57,863 bases of DNA from Pseudomonadota bacterium (GTDB taxonomy: Bacteria > Bdellovibrionota_F > JAHFAK01 > JBDREC01). Shown here piece by piece: positions 18,413-28,237 of this stretch. The stretch is taken from assembly GCA_043820105.1 (NCBI GenBank), contig JBDREC010000034.1, forward strand, positions 1 through 57,863, written 5' to 3'. The notes below the pieces were generated by a model. The model was not told the origin of the DNA. It did not search any database and saw only the letters and a list, made by a program, of their open reading frames with translations. Position 1 is the first letter of the stretch. Each line of letters opens with the position of its first letter. A program made the position numbers and the translations under genes.

Positions 18413-21400
18413 CTATATATTAATACTTTTAAACAACTTTTTGTTTTTTTGAATATAACATCCTAATTTCTCGACTGCACCGTTTCTTTCATTTTCCTTA
18501 AGGAAATATTTTGAATAATCATTGCTTAAGATTTTATCTATAAAGCTATATTCGTCCTCAATCTCAAGTATTACATCTTTATTTTCTTCTATTTTGTTTT
18601 CAATAATATAATTTCTAAATTCTTCAAGTTGTACTTGCTTATCCTCAAGAAGCTTTTTCATGTTTTTCACCTGTGTTTCAACAAACCAATTGATATTATC
18701 TTTTTCCATATTTTCAATTATTGAAGTAGCGGAATTAAGCATAACATACGCGTTCATAATCGGTTTATTTAAATCATGACAATATTTCCCCAGGGCTTCT
18801 TTATTCTTTGATTCATCAATCTTATTACTTTTCTTAATATTCCTAAGTTCCTTTAAAAGCAGCTCAGATAAGGTTGCTTTGTCAATGTTTGGTGGAAAGT
18901 ATCCTGTGATATTTAACCTTTCAGCCTTGGCCTTTAACAAGTCTTTATCTGTGTCTGAAGATAAATAAAGCAAGGCAGAAGGATTTTTATCTTTTAAAAT
19001 AGCTAACAATTCTTCTCCAAGCATATTATCATTAACACCAAAAATATTATCACTAATTACGATATCAGGTTTTATTTTCTCCGCTTTATCTAAAAGATCC
19101 TGTGGATGTTCAAACTTGTATATTTTGTGTTCATAATCTCTTAATATATCTTTAAGGATTGAGGCAAAAGCTTCCCGAATTATCATGTTATCATCAGCGA
19201 TAAAACAGATCAGCGGACTATCATTTTGAATATTGATTGCAGGATACTGTCCCTTTGTACTGTCTTCCATAGACAAGCTCTTATGTAAAAAATCAACTAG
19301 CTGCTCAATAGATAGGGGTTTACTGGCATAAGATTTAGCCCCCAGATCATAGGCTTTTTGAATTTCGTGGTCTAAATACCTGTTTGAATGGATAAGTGAA
19401 GTTACATTCATCTTATCATCGCGTGTCAGCCTTAAAAAATCATAGCCATCCTTATCTTCATTAAGATCAATATCCACAATAGCATAAGAAATATTTTCTT
19501 TTTTAATCAGTTCAATCGCTTCATCTACATTATCTGCGTCATATAGGGTGATTAGCCTATTAAGAATTTCACTGTTTTTTATTATATTTCTAACAAAAGC
19601 GCGATAAAGGGTTTCGTCCTCCAAAAGCACAATCTTGATTTTTTCATGCTGTGATAAAAGCTCCAACTTTTCATCAAGTTTATCCTGATCTGGCTCATAT
19701 TTAACAAAAAGAATTTCATCAGTGCTTTTAGGAAGAATGCTTATGTTGTGCTTATCTTCAACTTCTGAGGCTGGAATGGTAATTACGAATTCAACTCCTG
19801 TTTTGCCATCATCCACTGGACTATTCGGTGGTTTCAATCCTTCCCGCCGTACGCTGTACTCTGTACGCTGCACGCAATTCCTGGCCTCAATTTTACCGCC
19901 ATGAAGATTCACAATTTTATTAGCAGAAGCAAGTCCTAAGCCAGTACCTCTTTTATTCCCTTTAGTAAAAAACGATTCAAAAAGATTTGGAATATCATCT
20001 TCTTTAAATGCTGGGCCATTGTTGCCAATAATTATCTCGATAAATTTATGCCCATCTATCTTTTTATCACAGGTTTTAAACCAAATAGTATAGCTGTATT
20101 CTTTTTTCGGAAGACTGTTTTTAGCTTGTGGCGGGCTGCTTGTAGCCTGATGGCTGGCTAAGGCTTCAATTCCATTCCCAATAACGTTACTAAAAACTCT
20201 TGCCATCCTTTTATCATCCATCAGAGCTTGAAATTTGTTCTCAAGTTTATAATTAAATTCAAGGGAAATATCTTTATAAGCTTGAGCTTCCTGCCTTATA
20301 GAAAAATCAAGTAAAGCAGAAATTGACTCAGGGCTTGTTTCAAGCTTTACCTCTCTTGAAAAATCAAGGATGTCAGAGATCATGGATTCAACGTGATTAA
20401 TAGTTTGATTAACTGTATTTTTAGCATGGCTTAAAAAACTAGGATTATTCTTATAATTTTCCATCATAGCTAGCATGGATTTCATGCTTGTAAATGGTTT
20501 GCGAATGTCATGGGCCAGCATTGACGTTGTTTGACCAATTGCTACAAGTCGGGTATTTTTTTTAATCTGTGATTGATACGCATTTAATTCATTTGACATT
20601 CTTTCAAGCCCATTTGCTAAATATTGAAAGTCATCGCCAGTATGAATATCTAAATCAATATTAAAATTGCCTAATGCAACCATTTGTATAGCATCACCTA
20701 TTTTTTTTACTGGAAGCAAATATTTTCTTATTAAAATATATAGAGTACAAGAGATACCCGAAAACAGTAGAATTAATGCAATAATTTGTCTTATAGATAT
20801 TGATTTTATATATCCTAAAGAAGTTTTAATTATTCGATGCCCCATGCTAGAAATAGTTTCCTCTTTTGTAAGAAGAAGTAAATACATATTAAAATCAGAA
20901 ATTAATGAACTCGCAGCATACATTTTATAATGAGATAAATGTGAAAATGATATTGAACCATTTGAAAATTTTTCTAACTCTACTCGGATATTATGTTTCT
21001 CTAAATTTTCTATATTAATTTTTGATATCTTGCCTTTTGGAACGCCAAAATTTCTAGTTAGATCACCATTTTCTGCATAAATATCTTGGTTATTGTCAAT
21101 AATAGCAATTTCACTATTAATTTTTTTTGCCATCTGTGATAGCTCTTCAATGAATTTATCAATTCTTATATCAATCGAAAGAACTCCAATAAAAACATCC
21201 TGAACATAGATAGGTTGCATTGTACTAATTAATATAAAATCACTCATCTCTGCTTTATAAATACTAGACCAAAGAAAGCGTCTTTCCGGATTTCTATCTT
21301 GGTTTGCCTGTTTGTAAAATGGCAATTCGTTAAGTTCAAAATCGGGATTTATTAAACCCTTTTCTATCACCATTTTCATATCAGCTTTTGGATACATCCT

Positions 21401-21958
21401 AATTATGTTTCCTTCAAAATTCAAATAAGTTAGATGATAAAAATTATCGGATTGAATAATTTCTTTCATCATACCTTCTAAATCTTTTGAAAGATATACT
21501 AATTTCGTTGAAAAACTACTCCATTTTACTTTTTTACCAGTAAATACAAATGACTGATCCTCAAGAGGGCTAGTAAAACTCATTCCATTTTCATGAAAAG
21601 TAAAAGAGCTTCTAAATTTATCAAGTTGATTTCTCGAAATATTGGCATTATTAGTAATAATATCTACAAATGCACTAGATAATAGTCTTGTATTTATTTT
21701 TGCGTGATGCAATCTTTCTTTTAAAATATTTGCTAAATTATGTGCCGCTGCCTCAAAATTAATCTTCGCGATTCTATCAGACTCCCTCTTTTCTATTATA
21801 GATAAATCACTTGAAAATATTCCATAAAAATACGATTGTATTAAAAAAAGCAATATACTATATGTAAAAAAAATAACAATAAAACACACTAGTATTTTTT
21901 TAAACAATAAATTTCTCGATTGAATTCTTTTCATATTATTTTTCTCAACATTAAACAA
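18413..21958 (-). CDS. Membrane hybrid histidine kinase (Cache-HAMP-HisKA-HATPase-REC-REC plus C-terminal H-box)
   Basis: Two TM helices around a Cache-like domain (WSSIY..GVLSIDI), AHDIRKP, N/G boxes (GTGLGL), LLEDE and IADDN receivers. Confidence 0.92.
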   Translation of the reverse strand: MFNVEKNNMKRIQSRNLLFKKILVCFIVIFFTYSILLFLIQSYFYGIFSSDLSIIEKRESDRIAKINFEAAAHNLANILKERLHHAKINTRLLSSAFVDIITNNANISRNQLDKFRSSFTFHENGMSFTSPLEDQSFVFTGKKVKWSSFSTKLVYLSKDLEGMMKEIIQSDNFYHLTYLNFEGNIIRMYPKADMKMVIEKGLINPDFELNELPFYKQANQDRNPERRFLWSSIYKAEMSDFILISTMQPIYVQDVFIGVLSIDIRIDKFIEELSQMAKKINSEIAIIDNNQDIYAENGDLTRNFGVPKGKISKINIENLEKHNIRVELEKFSNGSISFSHLSHYKMYAASSLISDFNMYLLLLTKEETISSMGHRIIKTSLGYIKSISIRQIIALILLFSGISCTLYILIRKYLLPVKKIGDAIQMVALGNFNIDLDIHTGDDFQYLANGLERMSNELNAYQSQIKKNTRLVAIGQTTSMLAHDIRKPFTSMKSMLAMMENYKNNPSFLSHAKNTVNQTINHVESMISDILDFSREVKLETSPESISALLDFSIRQEAQAYKDISLEFNYKLENKFQALMDDKRMARVFSNVIGNGIEALASHQATSSPPQAKNSLPKKEYSYTIWFKTCDKKIDGHKFIEIIIGNNGPAFKEDDIPNLFESFFTKGNKRGTGLGLASANKIVNLHGGKIEARNCVQRTEYSVRREGLKPPNSPVDDGKTGVEFVITIPASEVEDKHNISILPKSTDEILFVKYEPDQDKLDEKLELLSQHEKIKIVLLEDETLYRAFVRNIIKNSEILNRLITLYDADNVDEAIELIKKENISYAIVDIDLNEDKDGYDFLRLTRDDKMNVTSLIHSNRYLDHEIQKAYDLGAKSYASKPLSIEQLVDFLHKSLSMEDSTKGQYPAINIQNDSPLICFIADDNMIIREAFASILKDILRDYEHKIYKFEHPQDLLDKAEKIKPDIVISDNIFGVNDNMLGEELLAILKDKNPSALLYLSSDTDKDLLKAKAERLNITGYFPPNIDKATLSELLLKELRNIKKSNKIDESKNKEALGKYCHDLNKPIMNAYVMLNSATSIIENMEKDNINWFVETQVKNMKKLLEDKQVQLEEFRNYIIENKIEENKDVILEIEDEYSFIDKILSNDYSKYFLKENERNGAVEKLGCYIQKNKKLFKSINI

Positions 21959-21985
21959 TGGCTTTCTCGATGTTAAATCAAAAAA

Positions 21986-22873
21986 CTAATGCCTTTTATC
22001 AGAGTCCAGAAGTAATGGGGGAATTATATTTAAACATAGTTGACATATAGAAGAACAATCTGCAGATAGTTCATTGGGTCTAATCCCTAACATTGCTATT
22101 AATTCATTAAAATTATATCTATTCAATAAATTAAAAAATCTAGATTTAATGTATTGTTTTACATTTTTCTTAATAATTCGATTATTCATACTTGAAAAAC
22201 CACAATGCAAAAGCGAAGAACAACAATGTGTGACACCATATGAAGGTAAATATACTAGATAAGAAAGACGAGGACATTTTTTATTTAATACTTCCGATTC
22301 AAAAGAGTAATATTTATAATCTAAATGATTTTTTTTCGCATTACCTATAGGTAATGTTCTCTGAAATTCAAATTCTACATCAAATTCCTTTTCATACTTA
22401 TAATTATCTGCAAGATCTTCAGGAGAGGCGATTGTTGAAATTAGTGAAATATTAATATCCTTATCATTGCAGTATAAAACCAGATTTTTAACATTATCAA
22501 TATTAATGAACCTAGCATGATATTTATCATACGATACTATTACCTTTTTTAAATTTGGTATATTTCCAATGACCTTGTAACAAGAATCGAAAGAATTGGA
22601 AAACCAAGCATTTGTGGTTATTTCAAAGTTTATATTTGGTAATTCTCTAAGAATAGATTTCACTAAACAATGTATTGTTGAAAGGTTAAGAGTAGGTTCC
22701 CCACCAGTTAAATGCACAGTATCAGCATTTAAGTCCTTCAATATATTGATCACATTTTGTGTTTCACTTTTCGCTAATCCAGGAAATTGCACATCTGTAC
22801 ACATACAATGTGCACATTGTATATTGCAATTAGGAGTAACAAACACACCAAGTTTTTTATTAAATAATTCCAT
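21986..22873 (-). CDS. YydG/EpeE-like radical SAM peptide epimerase
   Basis: CNIQCAHC, TGGE, TNAWF, SYDKYHARF, IGNAK, CP..CCS and SSICQLC match the motif order recalled for B. subtilis YydG. Confidence 0.72.
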   Translation of the reverse strand: MELFNKKLGVFVTPNCNIQCAHCMCTDVQFPGLAKSETQNVINILKDLNADTVHLTGGEPTLNLSTIHCLVKSILRELPNINFEITTNAWFSNSFDSCYKVIGNIPNLKKVIVSYDKYHARFINIDNVKNLVLYCNDKDINISLISTIASPEDLADNYKYEKEFDVEFEFQRTLPIGNAKKNHLDYKYYSFESEVLNKKCPRLSYLVYLPSYGVTHCCSSLLHCGFSSMNNRIIKKNVKQYIKSRFFNLLNRYNFNELIAMLGIRPNELSADCSSICQLCLNIIPPLLLDSDKRH

Positions 22874-22911
22874 GTAAAAATAGATAATTTTTATATTAAG
22901 CTATATGAAAA

Positions 22912-23103
22912 TTATCTAGCCCATCCGTTAATTTGGGACTCCATGTTCTTGATAGAATCTTGATTTACTAATTCTGCCCACTTTAGAGTTACATCTAAAG
23001 TATCATCTTTCATACTGCTCACATGACACATTGCATTTGCGTAGGAATAAAAACCCATTGAAACAAACAACAATGCAAGTTTTTTTCTTTTACATATCTT
23101 CAT
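22912..23103 (-). CDS. 63-aa peptide with Sec-like signal; putative rSAM substrate
   Basis: TGGAGG RBS; basic N-terminus, hydrophobic core, ANA cleavage site; ends 38 bp upstream of the rSAM gene. Confidence 0.65.
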   Translation of the reverse strand: MKICKRKKLALLFVSMGFYSYANAMCHVSSMKDDTLDVTLKWAELVNQDSIKNMESQINGWAR

Positions 23104-23208
23104 AAAATGACCTCCAATTAAATTACAAATGTATTAATACTTCATATTTATTATAATATTTTAAAATAATTCAATAAGAATAAAGTTGTGTATATTATAT
23201 TATTCCTC

Positions 23209-25671
23209 TCATATCTTTTTTCTAAATAAAACCGCTTCCTCCCCTCCGTCGTAATGTTTTTTGGATACCTTATCCATTTCATACCCCTGTGACATCCAGA
23301 ATCTTATTGCTTTTTCATTCCCAGACCATGTCCATAAATAAAGACTGTCAAGACCTTGTTTAATAATAACACCTTCCAGTAGACTGTATAAAAATTTACC
23401 AATCCCCTTATTACTTTCACTTGATAGAACACCTAAATGTACTATTTCTGACTCATTTTCATCATTATCTATTGCGTATGATATAAAAGCTATAGGTTCA
23501 TTTTTATATTTCAATATAAAAAAGTTTATTCCTTTAGCCATATCTTTTTTTACAATGTCAAAAGTTAGAGCATATTGTGGTAAGGGATGTCCACATTCAG
23601 CACCTACAGCTATAATTTCTTCAATATCAGAAGAAGTAGATGCATGTACTAATTTAAGTAATCCATCTTCAAATGAAACTGGAGATAATGGGTCAATTGC
23701 TTGAATAGCATCGTCCATAAATTCATCCGATATTTCAAATTCATTTGGTTTTATATTCTCATTTCCGTCCATATCACCTCCATTCTTTCCATTATTTTCA
23801 ATTGATGCCCTTATTTCTAAAGGAAATATCCTTTCCATATTTTCCTGATCATGTATGATATTTCGCTCTATCTCAATAATTATCGGTTTTGGTTCATTTG
23901 AATCTATATTCGGATTAGGAAAAACTATATATTCTATTTCTTCTTCGGAATACTGCCCAGGAAAATAGATATCGCTGTACCCAGGTTCTTCACCAAAATG
24001 AAAGGGCTCTTCATCTGGAACTTCAGCAGGCGTAAATAATGGATATTCATAAGGCAATTCATACGGATAGTCAAATTCAATTTCACTCCATTGATCATGG
24101 CTTAATTCATAAGGATTTTCATAACCTAGTGGGTAATAGTAAGAACCAAAATCATTTTCATATTCAGCTTCAAATTCTTCTAACCCTGGATAATATGGTA
24201 AATATGGCATCTCAATTGGTCGTTCAAACTCAACCTCTATTTCAGTTTCCTTATCTTGGTCTAAATCACCATCTTCTTTAGGTTCTTCAGGATTAATAGT
24301 TGGCATTCCTTCAGGATCCTCTCCTGGAAAAAATATCTCAAGATCAGGATTTTGGATGTGGAGTATGTCCTCTGGCAGATCTGTAATTATTAAAGTTGAA
24401 ATTCCAGCTGGGATAGTTATTTCCAAAGGCGAAAAGACAGGATTTAAAACTGTTTGAATCGCTTCATTATCAACTACCAGCAAAAGGTGTTCCTGTTGAA
24501 CGATTGGCTGTGATACGGAGAACGGTTGTTGATCCAGGGCTAGTTGCCCTTGCCCAACATAATTTACAGTTGATCTGCCCATTCTGGCTGGTGCTCCAGT
24601 ATATCTATTACTTGAACCAGATGAATAGCCAGAACTATACCCAGCTGGTCTGGATCCACCTCCGTTATATAATGTTAAATTAGGTCTTTGTGGATTTGAA
24701 TTAGAGGAAGGTTGCTTGCTTGCGGGTAATGAACTTATTCTTAATAATTTTAGCGCTGCACCAAAGGCTACAAAAGTAGCTGCACCAAAACCTGCTGAAA
24801 TTAAACTATGTATGGCTAATTCCAAACCGTGTAATTCTTCAACCAAGACTCCATCCAGGGCACCATAAGCTCCGCCAGTGATCGCTCCAATTAATGCGTA
24901 TCTTGCTAAAAGCTGAACAGTTGTCATTTCAGCAGCTGAAGCAAGAAAAATGCTTCCAAGTCCCACAGCTCCTAGAAATAAAGCGGGAACAGCAACAACA
25001 GCCAGGCAATCTCTTTGGGCCTGTTTGTATGCTTTTTGTTCCCAAATTGTATAAATGTCCCTTCTTATTTGCTCAAAAATAGCTTTATCATAGGCATTTT
25101 TATAATCCTGCCAGGCTGAAGTTTTATAAATTGGATCATAAACCATTCCACAATTGCTCCAATAATTAGGTGGTCCCGATCCCTCCATTGTTATAAAGCG
25201 ATGCACTTCCCATTTCTTTCTAAGAAAGCATGCTTCATTATAGATAGTTTTAGCAGGATTTTCCTTTCTTTGGATTTCATATTCAGCAGGTGTTGGCAAG
25301 AAAGGATCGACAAGAGAAAATAAAAGCTGGAAATGTTTAAATCCTAAGCTGTTTCGATCAACTTCAACATCTTTGGATCCACTTGATGATTTATAATAAT
25401 CAAAGTCATCTGTTTTTTGAATCTCTTCAATTAATCTTAAAGATAAAAAACTATTAGCACCAAAGTCATTTAAAACTTCTATTGGATTTTTTGATGGCCT
25501 GGGATGAGTATTATTATATTGGCTCAAGATTTGATGATTTAAATGAGCGAAAACTTTGCTCATGTCATCTACTTTTACAAGAACTGTTTGAGGATTTTTT
25601 TCTTTGGAGAAAGAAAGAGAATTAATGAATAGAAACATTAACGAAAATACGATTATTTTCTTTAAAGCCAT
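23209..25671 (-). CDS. Large secreted protein with Gly/Ala-rich hydrophobic helices, acidic Pro/Glu/Tyr linker and C-terminal GNAT domain
   Basis: Signal peptide; GAITGGAYGA segment; GNAT motifs HLGV..NKGIGK and NEKAIRFWMSQGY. Confidence 0.7.
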   Translation of the reverse strand: MALKKIIVFSLMFLFINSLSFSKEKNPQTVLVKVDDMSKVFAHLNHQILSQYNNTHPRPSKNPIEVLNDFGANSFLSLRLIEEIQKTDDFDYYKSSSGSKDVEVDRNSLGFKHFQLLFSLVDPFLPTPAEYEIQRKENPAKTIYNEACFLRKKWEVHRFITMEGSGPPNYWSNCGMVYDPIYKTSAWQDYKNAYDKAIFEQIRRDIYTIWEQKAYKQAQRDCLAVVAVPALFLGAVGLGSIFLASAAEMTTVQLLARYALIGAITGGAYGALDGVLVEELHGLELAIHSLISAGFGAATFVAFGAALKLLRISSLPASKQPSSNSNPQRPNLTLYNGGGSRPAGYSSGYSSGSSNRYTGAPARMGRSTVNYVGQGQLALDQQPFSVSQPIVQQEHLLLVVDNEAIQTVLNPVFSPLEITIPAGISTLIITDLPEDILHIQNPDLEIFFPGEDPEGMPTINPEEPKEDGDLDQDKETEIEVEFERPIEMPYLPYYPGLEEFEAEYENDFGSYYYPLGYENPYELSHDQWSEIEFDYPYELPYEYPLFTPAEVPDEEPFHFGEEPGYSDIYFPGQYSEEEIEYIVFPNPNIDSNEPKPIIIEIERNIIHDQENMERIFPLEIRASIENNGKNGGDMDGNENIKPNEFEISDEFMDDAIQAIDPLSPVSFEDGLLKLVHASTSSDIEEIIAVGAECGHPLPQYALTFDIVKKDMAKGINFFILKYKNEPIAFISYAIDNDENESEIVHLGVLSSESNKGIGKFLYSLLEGVIIKQGLDSLYLWTWSGNEKAIRFWMSQGYEMDKVSKKHYDGGEEAVLFRKKI

Positions 25672-25859
25672 CTACCAACCCGTTAATTACGCTTGAAATA
25701 ATATGTCCAAACCCTTAGCCAAGAATTTACCGTATACACGACAAGGCACTTTGCGTCAATAATATTCTTGTAGTTTAATATACAAAATCATCTATTCCGC
25801 AGTCAAACTATGAAATGAATGATTTTATTAATTTTGCAACTAATTAATATTGGATGATT

Positions 25860-25875
25860 AGCAACTTTTATGCCA
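25860..25875 (-). promoter_or_regulatory. sigma54 promoter TGGCATAAAAGTTGCT
   Basis: Near-consensus GG-N10-GC upstream of 25671. Confidence 0.85.
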
Positions 25876-25927
25876 AATCAGGATTTATGTAATTTCAACT
25901 TGTTATACTTTTCACAATTGAATTATT

Positions 25928-25961
25928 TTCCAATAATGGAGAATTTATTCCAAAAATGGAA
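25928..25961. promoter_or_regulatory. Tandem palindromic putative enhancer (UAS) TTCCAATAATGGAG / TTCCAAAAATGGAA
   Basis: Two 14-bp dyads 20 bp apart, ~80-110 bp upstream of the predicted sigma54 start site; recurs elsewhere. Confidence 0.6.
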
Positions 25962-26043
25962 TTTCAAATTTGGAATAAAAGCATATTTTAGGTTTTGGAT
26001 GCTTTTCATTATAATGGCACCATGAAAACAATTAAATTTTAAT

Positions 26044-26072
26044 TTGAACAGAAATCCTAATCGTGATATAAT
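26044..26072 (+). promoter_or_regulatory. sigma70 promoter TTGAAC-N17-TATAAT with extended TG
   Basis: Near-consensus hexamers with 17-bp spacing. Confidence 0.7.
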
Positions 26073-26107
26073 GTGTTATGCTTAGGGTTAAATTGGGGTA
26101 TAGCAAA

Positions 26108-27664
26108 ATGTCTAAATTTATTATAAATTTATTTATAATTACTATCTTTTTAACATCTTGCAACATACTCATTGATAATGATTTAAATATCAGCACAGAT
26201 TCTGATAAATCAATTTCTGATGAGGTTGCATTATATTCAATTTCCTTTGCAATAGCAGGTCAGATTGATATTGATGATATGGTTGAAACATATGACCTAG
26301 ATAATAGAGATGACCTTATTTCAAGAGATGATTTGGAATCTAGAAATGATATCATTGGAAGAACTGACGTTTTTTTTAAGTCACTAAAATCATCAAAATA
26401 CTCCTCAGACTTTTCAGATTATTCATTTATAATTTCAGTAAATCTTGAGGATTTAGGATATTCCTTTACTACCATTACTGAAACAGATGGAAGTTTTTTA
26501 GTTGAAGTCCAAGAAGGTGAAATTAGCTCAGACTTTTTTAAATATTCTGCTGGTTCTGATTCAACATATGGAAACTTTTTTGTTGAAGTTGATCTACCAA
26601 TTGATGATGGCGCAGGTGGTGTGACTAAAGAAAAGATTATGATAATTAAAGACGCTTCTGGTTCTGATAAATTAAGTGCTGATGCCCTAATTGGTAAAGG
26701 AATAGATTTTGATGAAATTAATTCATCTGGAATTCCAACAAGACTTGAAAATGAAAGTTTTGATAATTTCATCAGAGAAAATGCTATTCAAGTGGATGAA
26801 TTTGTAGAAAAACAAAAAAATCCTGCTGTGAATGATAAAAATAATAATGAAAATAGTGATAACGAGAAAAAAGGTGATGATAATAGCAAAGACAATGGTG
26901 ACAAAAATAAAGATGATGATATTAAGGACAATGGAGATGGAGATGGCGATGGTGATGGTGATGGCGATGAAGATGGAGATGATGAATCAAATCTAATTGC
27001 TTATTATAAATTCGATGAAGGCACTGGAACAACCCTCACTGATGGTTCTGGCAATGCTTATGATGGCGCTATCAATGGAGCAACTTTTGTTGATGGTTTA
27101 AGTGGCTATGCCCTTTCCTTTGACGGTGAGAATGATTATATTGATCTTGGTACGGACTTACATTTTGACAATGCTTTAGAATTTACTTTTTCTCTTCATT
27201 TTAAACTGCCAGCGGTTTATAATTCAGAGCTTGACTCAAATGGAGCATTCATTTTTGGAAAATCTGGAAATAGTGTTTTTAATGCTCAATCATCCTTTAA
27301 AGCATGCATTATACATAATGGAGATGGAGATGACTTACAACTTCAAGTCCAGCATTGTGCAAGTGCATTTTGTGGTGGAGCGAGCTGGGGAATAGATCGT
27401 GACACCTGGTATCACTTCGCTGCTGTTTATAATGATGGGCAGATAACAGTTTATTTTAATGGTCAGGAAGGTCAAACCTATACTGATAGAACTGAGGGTG
27501 TAATGTTGCAAGATGACCTAATGCCTCTTGCAATTGGAGCAGGTGCTGAAAATGATCTTGAAACAATGGGCTATTTTTTCAGAGGATTAATAGATGAAAT
27601 AAGCTATTATAGTAAAGCATTAACTTCTGATGAAATCCTAAAATTAAGCCTGGTTACGAATTAA
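26108..27664 (+). CDS. Lipoprotein with C-terminal LamG/concanavalin A-like domain
   Basis: Lipobox LTSC; LIAYYKFDEG..DGSGN, ALSFDG, WYHFAAVY, GLIDEI..ALT; Asp/Gly-rich linker. Confidence 0.85.
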   Translation: MSKFIINLFIITIFLTSCNILIDNDLNISTDSDKSISDEVALYSISFAIAGQIDIDDMVETYDLDNRDDLISRDDLESRNDIIGRTDVFFKSLKSSKYSSDFSDYSFIISVNLEDLGYSFTTITETDGSFLVEVQEGEISSDFFKYSAGSDSTYGNFFVEVDLPIDDGAGGVTKEKIMIIKDASGSDKLSADALIGKGIDFDEINSSGIPTRLENESFDNFIRENAIQVDEFVEKQKNPAVNDKNNNENSDNEKKGDDNSKDNGDKNKDDDIKDNGDGDGDGDGDGDEDGDDESNLIAYYKFDEGTGTTLTDGSGNAYDGAINGATFVDGLSGYALSFDGENDYIDLGTDLHFDNALEFTFSLHFKLPAVYNSELDSNGAFIFGKSGNSVFNAQSSFKACIIHNGDGDDLQLQVQHCASAFCGGASWGIDRDTWYHFAAVYNDGQITVYFNGQEGQTYTDRTEGVMLQDDLMPLAIGAGAENDLETMGYFFRGLIDEISYYSKALTSDEILKLSLVTN

Positions 27665-27874
27665 GTACTATTTAATACCTAAACAAAGCGATTTATTTTT
27701 TGTTCTATAAAAAATGAATCACCTCCTTTAGGTTTGGGGATAAGGCATTCGATTTTCGTTAAATTTCAGTTTATAAAATCAAAAGTTCAAATTGATTTTG
27801 AAAAACATGGCAATTGGAGGTGTTTTGGGTGCACCTTTCCTGTTAATTCTTTAAAAAAAATGTTTTAAAGACAA

Positions 27875-28228
27875 TTAAAGCTTTATGGGGACCGGATTAT
27901 TGCACCTCTCCCAAAGGATTTTTAAATTAAGATTGTTATAAATATCAGGGCTTACTTTCAATATGATTTTCTTTGATGTTAATACAATCTTGACTGCGAA
28001 ATCAATTAACTTTCCGCGGGCAATTGTCGGATAACTTTTTATCTTAACGATATCAGGGCCAACATCCTGCTTATACGACTGAAATAGAAAATATGCTATA
28101 AGCATTAAATAATAGTAGGCCCCATTTGAACCAAAGCGTTTAAAGGGTAACTTTTCTGTTATTGAAAATTCTTTAAATTTCCTGTGAACAAGTTCAGATT
28201 CGCCATTGTGATGATATATATTTAAATA
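27875..28228 (-). pseudogene. C-terminal fragment of an IS1380-like transposase
   Basis: Frame extended upstream reads YHHNGESELVHRKFKEF..EKLPFKRFGSNGAYYYLML; N-terminus missing. Confidence 0.6.
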
Positions 28229-28237
28229 AACCCTATC

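Noticed and set aside
22912..23103. AgrD-like cyclic thiolactone precursor
   Set aside because: No AgrB homolog or LytTR regulator nearby, and the typical P(K/x)xP tail after the Cys ring is absent
25715..25769. GACGCAAAG resembles part of the c-di-GMP-I riboswitch
   Set aside because: The upstream GGCAAA/GAAA P2 stem is missing; a promoter or operator reading fits better
26930..26985. (GATGGN)n repeat
   Set aside because: Simply encodes the Asp-Gly linker of the LamG lipoprotein
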